Origin: an uncultured Bdellovibrio sp.
GTDB lineage: Bacteria > Bdellovibrionota > UBA1018 > CAIMNF01
Direction of reading: 5' to 3'
Assembly: GCA_964654965.1 (NCBI GenBank)
Contig: CAZZLF010000001.1
Location: forward strand, 1-35,424
DNA length: 35,424 bases
Within the stretch, counting starts at the first letter, position 1; the number at the start of each line of letters is the position of its first letter. This document shows, piece by piece, positions 33,219-35,424 of the stretch. Both the position numbers and the translations under genes were made by a program. The notes under the pieces were generated by a model. The model had not been told where the DNA came from, made no database searches, and saw nothing but the letters and a program-made list of their open reading frames with translations.

Positions 33219-33677
33219 ATGAAAGTTAGGCTACATAAGGCTTTCAGCGAATTGCTGTACCAAAAAAAAGTATTGAATCAAAAAGACTTTGGCGATAAAA
33301 TAGGGTATAATAAAGCCTATGTAAGTAGGGTTTTTAATGGAAGTGAGGATGTGTCGCACAAAATGGCATCCGAAATACAAACACAGTTTGGGATTTCAGC
33401 AACTTGGTTGCTTACTGGCGATGGTCCAATGTTCGTAAATGCCCATAAAAATACCGTAGAAACACCTGCCGATAATGCCAATAATTCCGTAACTTCATCT
33501 GATTATTCACCCTTAAATGAAAAAGACATGACAATCCACACCCTTGCGGCGGCGAACAGAGACTTGGCCGAAACGAACAGGAAAGTAGTTAGCGAGATGC
33601 TTGAACTATCTAAAGAATTGCGGGTTTTGCTACATGAGATGAAACAGGACGCACGCCCAAAATCGAAAGCAAGTTGA
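33219..33677 (+). CDS. cI-like repressor (XRE-family HTH, no S24 peptidase domain)
   Basis: The start at ATG 33219 gives MKVRLHKAFSELL. QKDFGDKIGYNKAYVSRVFNG is an XRE-type HTH. The C-terminus is coiled-coil. Confidence 0.7.
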   Translation: MKVRLHKAFSELLYQKKVLNQKDFGDKIGYNKAYVSRVFNGSEDVSHKMASEIQTQFGISATWLLTGDGPMFVNAHKNTVETPADNANNSVTSSDYSPLNEKDMTIHTLAAANRDLAETNRKVVSEMLELSKELRVLLHEMKQDARPKSKAS

Positions 33678-33776
33678 TAGCCCTACCCAATACCACCTTG
33701 CGAAAAAACGTTGGGTAGCCAACATATCAGTTATTGAACGCCTGTAATTACTCTGAATAAATTATCTTTGCAGTGA

Positions 33777-33843
33777 GCTTCTACCTTGTGTAGGTGAACA
33801 ATCAAGGTCTTTGCCGTTGAACCAGCCAATCAACGGCTTTTTT
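33777..33843 (+). ncRNA. Candidate ~65-nt small RNA
   Basis: A -7 box TATCTTTG (33763-33770) precedes it. The terminator GCCGTTGA (33813-33820) / TCAACGGC (33830-33837) with T6 ends it. There is no ORF. The -33 element is poor. Confidence 0.3.
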
Positions 33844-33899
33844 GTCTAAACCTCCATCAGCAAAAAAAACTTAGACAAAACTTAGACGTTTTTTAGACG
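33844..33899. repeat. Phased TTAGAC repeats (three direct copies and one inverted)
   Basis: GTCTAA lies at 33844-33849. TTAGAC lies at 33871-33876, 33882-33887 and 33894-33899, spaced 11 and 12 nt apart, which is about one helical turn. Confidence 0.5.
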
Positions 33900-33920
33900 A
33901 AAGTTGTATATTTGCGAGGT

Positions 33921-34028
33921 AAAGCTCTGGAGCTTCTTGCCCCATATGGCTGTTTGAATTTCCCGATTTACTATCGCTCTACAAATGCTGAATTTTTAAA
34001 AAAAGGTAGCCGTTAACTACCTTTTTTT
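33921..34028 (+). ncRNA. Candidate ~105-nt transcript convergent with the integrase gene
   Basis: A -7 box TATATTTG (33907-33914) precedes it and the bidirectional terminator at 33998-34028 ends it. Only a 3-codon ORF lies inside. Confidence 0.25.
33998..34028. terminator. Bidirectional terminator at the 3' end of the integrase gene
   Basis: A7-GGTAG (34005-34009)-ccgttaa-CTACC (34017-34021)-T7. Confidence 0.55.
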
Positions 34029-35208
34029 ATATCCCACCCAACCCACTTTTCACCGCTGCATCGTACCTGTTAACGTACACCCGTGCTGTGGTTGGTGTAA
34101 TCCCCAAAAGCTGCGCAATCTGGCTGTCATTGTAACCCGCAACACCTAAGATAAACCCGAAGCTGTGACGGGCTGAATGTGGCGTTATTTTGCCTTCAAT
34201 GCCACACATGCCACATTGCAGCTTTACATACTTTCTCGTCGTCTGTTCGTCCATGTCAAAGCGTAATTTGTGTTTCTGAATGTACTCAACAACACGTGCC
34301 AGCTTAGCGGAGTTGTCTAAGCATATCACAATAGGCTTTTTGTTTTTTGTCGCTGCCGTAACCCTAAAAAATCGTTTCCCCTGCGTTTCCTCAATATCCC
34401 ATTTACCCCAGTCGGAAATACGAATGCCAGAGCAGCAAGCCATGAGAAAATTAGCGGCCACCTTACGGAATTGCAGCGAGGCGTTAAATTCACCTGCGTA
34501 CAATTTCTGCTCCCATTTTTCAACGTCCTCAAAAGTGAGGTAATCTTTTTTTGGTGGCTTATACTTTACCGCTATTGTGCCGTACACGTCCTTGCTGTTA
34601 ATCAGCCCTCTTTTTATAGCGATATTCACCACATTATTGAACTTGGACATCTTTTTAAACACCGTGTTATTGGATATTACCGTGCCATCGTTAGTTCGTG
34701 CTGAAGGTCTTGAAGATAGGTAATTTTGATAGCCTTGCACAAATTCTGCTGTTATCTTGCTAAATGGCATTACACCACCAACGTAGGCTTTAAACTGCTC
34801 CATTTCGTACTTATACTGCTCGATGTACCGTGGTGCTTTGTTGGCGGATTCCAGGCTCTTAATAACTTCAGCCCACAACGTGATAAAATCTCCCTGTTTT
34901 TGCCCTGAATCAATGGCGGCGGATAGTGTAGGCTTATCCATTGCCAACCCGGCAGAATAGGCGCTATCTATCTTATTTTGCAGCCTTTGTTTTGCTTGCT
35001 GAATAGTGGCATTTATCTCCTTGTATTTTGGGTTAGTCTTGCGGCTCATCTCCAAGTCACTATCCCAATCAGTTTCGGGCAGGGATAGCCCAAGAGAAAT
35101 GTAAATACGTTGGTTATCGTGTGGACAGTGGATGCGTAACCAGATAATGCCAGCAGATGCGGATTTATTACGCTTGCGAAGTATCGCAGTCGGTGAAGGT
35201 TTTTTCAT
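34027..35208 (-). CDS. int: Tyrosine recombinase / phage integrase
   Basis: 393 aa. It has an N-terminal arm-binding-like domain and a SAM-like domain. The catalytic residues are GIRISD (Arg), HSARHSF (His-x-x-Arg) and ARVYVNRYD (Tyr). Confidence 0.9.
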   Translation of the reverse strand: MKKPSPTAILRKRNKSASAGIIWLRIHCPHDNQRIYISLGLSLPETDWDSDLEMSRKTNPKYKEINATIQQAKQRLQNKIDSAYSAGLAMDKPTLSAAIDSGQKQGDFITLWAEVIKSLESANKAPRYIEQYKYEMEQFKAYVGGVMPFSKITAEFVQGYQNYLSSRPSARTNDGTVISNNTVFKKMSKFNNVVNIAIKRGLINSKDVYGTIAVKYKPPKKDYLTFEDVEKWEQKLYAGEFNASLQFRKVAANFLMACCSGIRISDWGKWDIEETQGKRFFRVTAATKNKKPIVICLDNSAKLARVVEYIQKHKLRFDMDEQTTRKYVKLQCGMCGIEGKITPHSARHSFGFILGVAGYNDSQIAQLLGITPTTARVYVNRYDAAVKSGLGGI

Positions 35209-35210
35209 TG

Positions 35211-35243
35211 TGGTAACATTGAGAGTTACACAATGGTAACATT
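35211..35243. repeat. Direct repeats TGGTAACATT x2 with an inverted GTTAC between them, immediately upstream of int
   Basis: The direct copies lie at 35211-35220 and 35234-35243, and the inverted core at 35225-35229. They are a candidate integrase or regulator binding site. Confidence 0.45.
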
Positions 35244-35424
35244 TTATTGTTGGATTTTGTGCGTTTTCGTGGGCTTTTTATTGAGATTTATGGGTAAAAA
35301 AGAACCCGCTAAAGGTGCTAAGAATCAAGCCAGTAGCGGGTTTTGCATTGTTTTCGTTGTAGTTCCGACAAGAAACGAAAGGAATCCGTAATTAATTGTT
35401 TATCATTGTTTTATGGTTATACGT

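Larger units (their letters stand above)
1..35424. mobile_element. Temperate phage / prophage genome: late structural and lysis block 430-15668 (+), early block 15792-33104 (-), repressor 33219-33677 (+), integrase 34027-35208 (-)
   Basis: All long ORFs are phage-like (portal, ClpP protease, gpD/gpE-type head, GH24 lysozyme, primase-helicase, annealing protein and exonuclease, integrase). Genes are tightly coupled by ATGA/TAATG overlaps. No host housekeeping gene is seen. Confidence 0.85.

Noticed and set aside
1-35424. Looked for CRISPR arrays, reverse transcriptase / DGR template-variable repeat pairs, transposases and toxin-antitoxin pairs
   Set aside because: I saw no regularly spaced direct repeats, no RT motif (YxDD) ORF, no DDE or IS-type ORF, and no convincing two-gene TA pair. 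Only a lone 53-aa HigA-N-like ORF is present.

Overview
The window reads as one nearly complete temperate phage or prophage, probably from a Bacteroidota host. Genes lack Shine-Dalgarno sequences, TAnnTTTG -7 boxes are present, and the integrase is of the Bacteroidota type. There are two convergent blocks. The rightward late block (430-15668) has Mu-like baseplate-hub genes, then a lambda-like head module (gpW-like, portal, ClpP-type protease, gpD-like decoration, gpE-like capsid), small virion and fibre genes, and a lysis cassette with a GH24 endolysin. The leftward early block (33104 down to 15792) has cro-like and xis-like genes, a tRNA-like gene, YopX, an SMC-like ATPase, a Rad52-like annealing protein, a YqaJ exonuclease, two amino-methyltransferases, a DnaA domain IV protein, a DUF4373 replication protein and a primase-helicase. 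A cI-like repressor (33219-33677) and a tyrosine integrase (34027-35208) close the right end. The main oddities follow. (1) I find no terminase, tail tube, sheath or tape measure, although the head module is complete. (2) A three-gene island with its own host-type promoter and terminators is inserted between portal and protease. (3) A dense non-coding element at 23363-23524 has three copies of a 10-nt motif and a GC helix, and sits inside a nominal ORF. (4) A 112-nt tRNA-like gene has a canonical acceptor stem and T-arm but an expanded, non-canonical D region. (5) A 24-nt palindrome-containing module is repeated ahead of the two late-gene segments. (6) The repressor-integrase spacer carries phased TTAGAC repeats and small promoter-plus-terminator cassettes. 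All protein calls rest on motif recall, not database searches.
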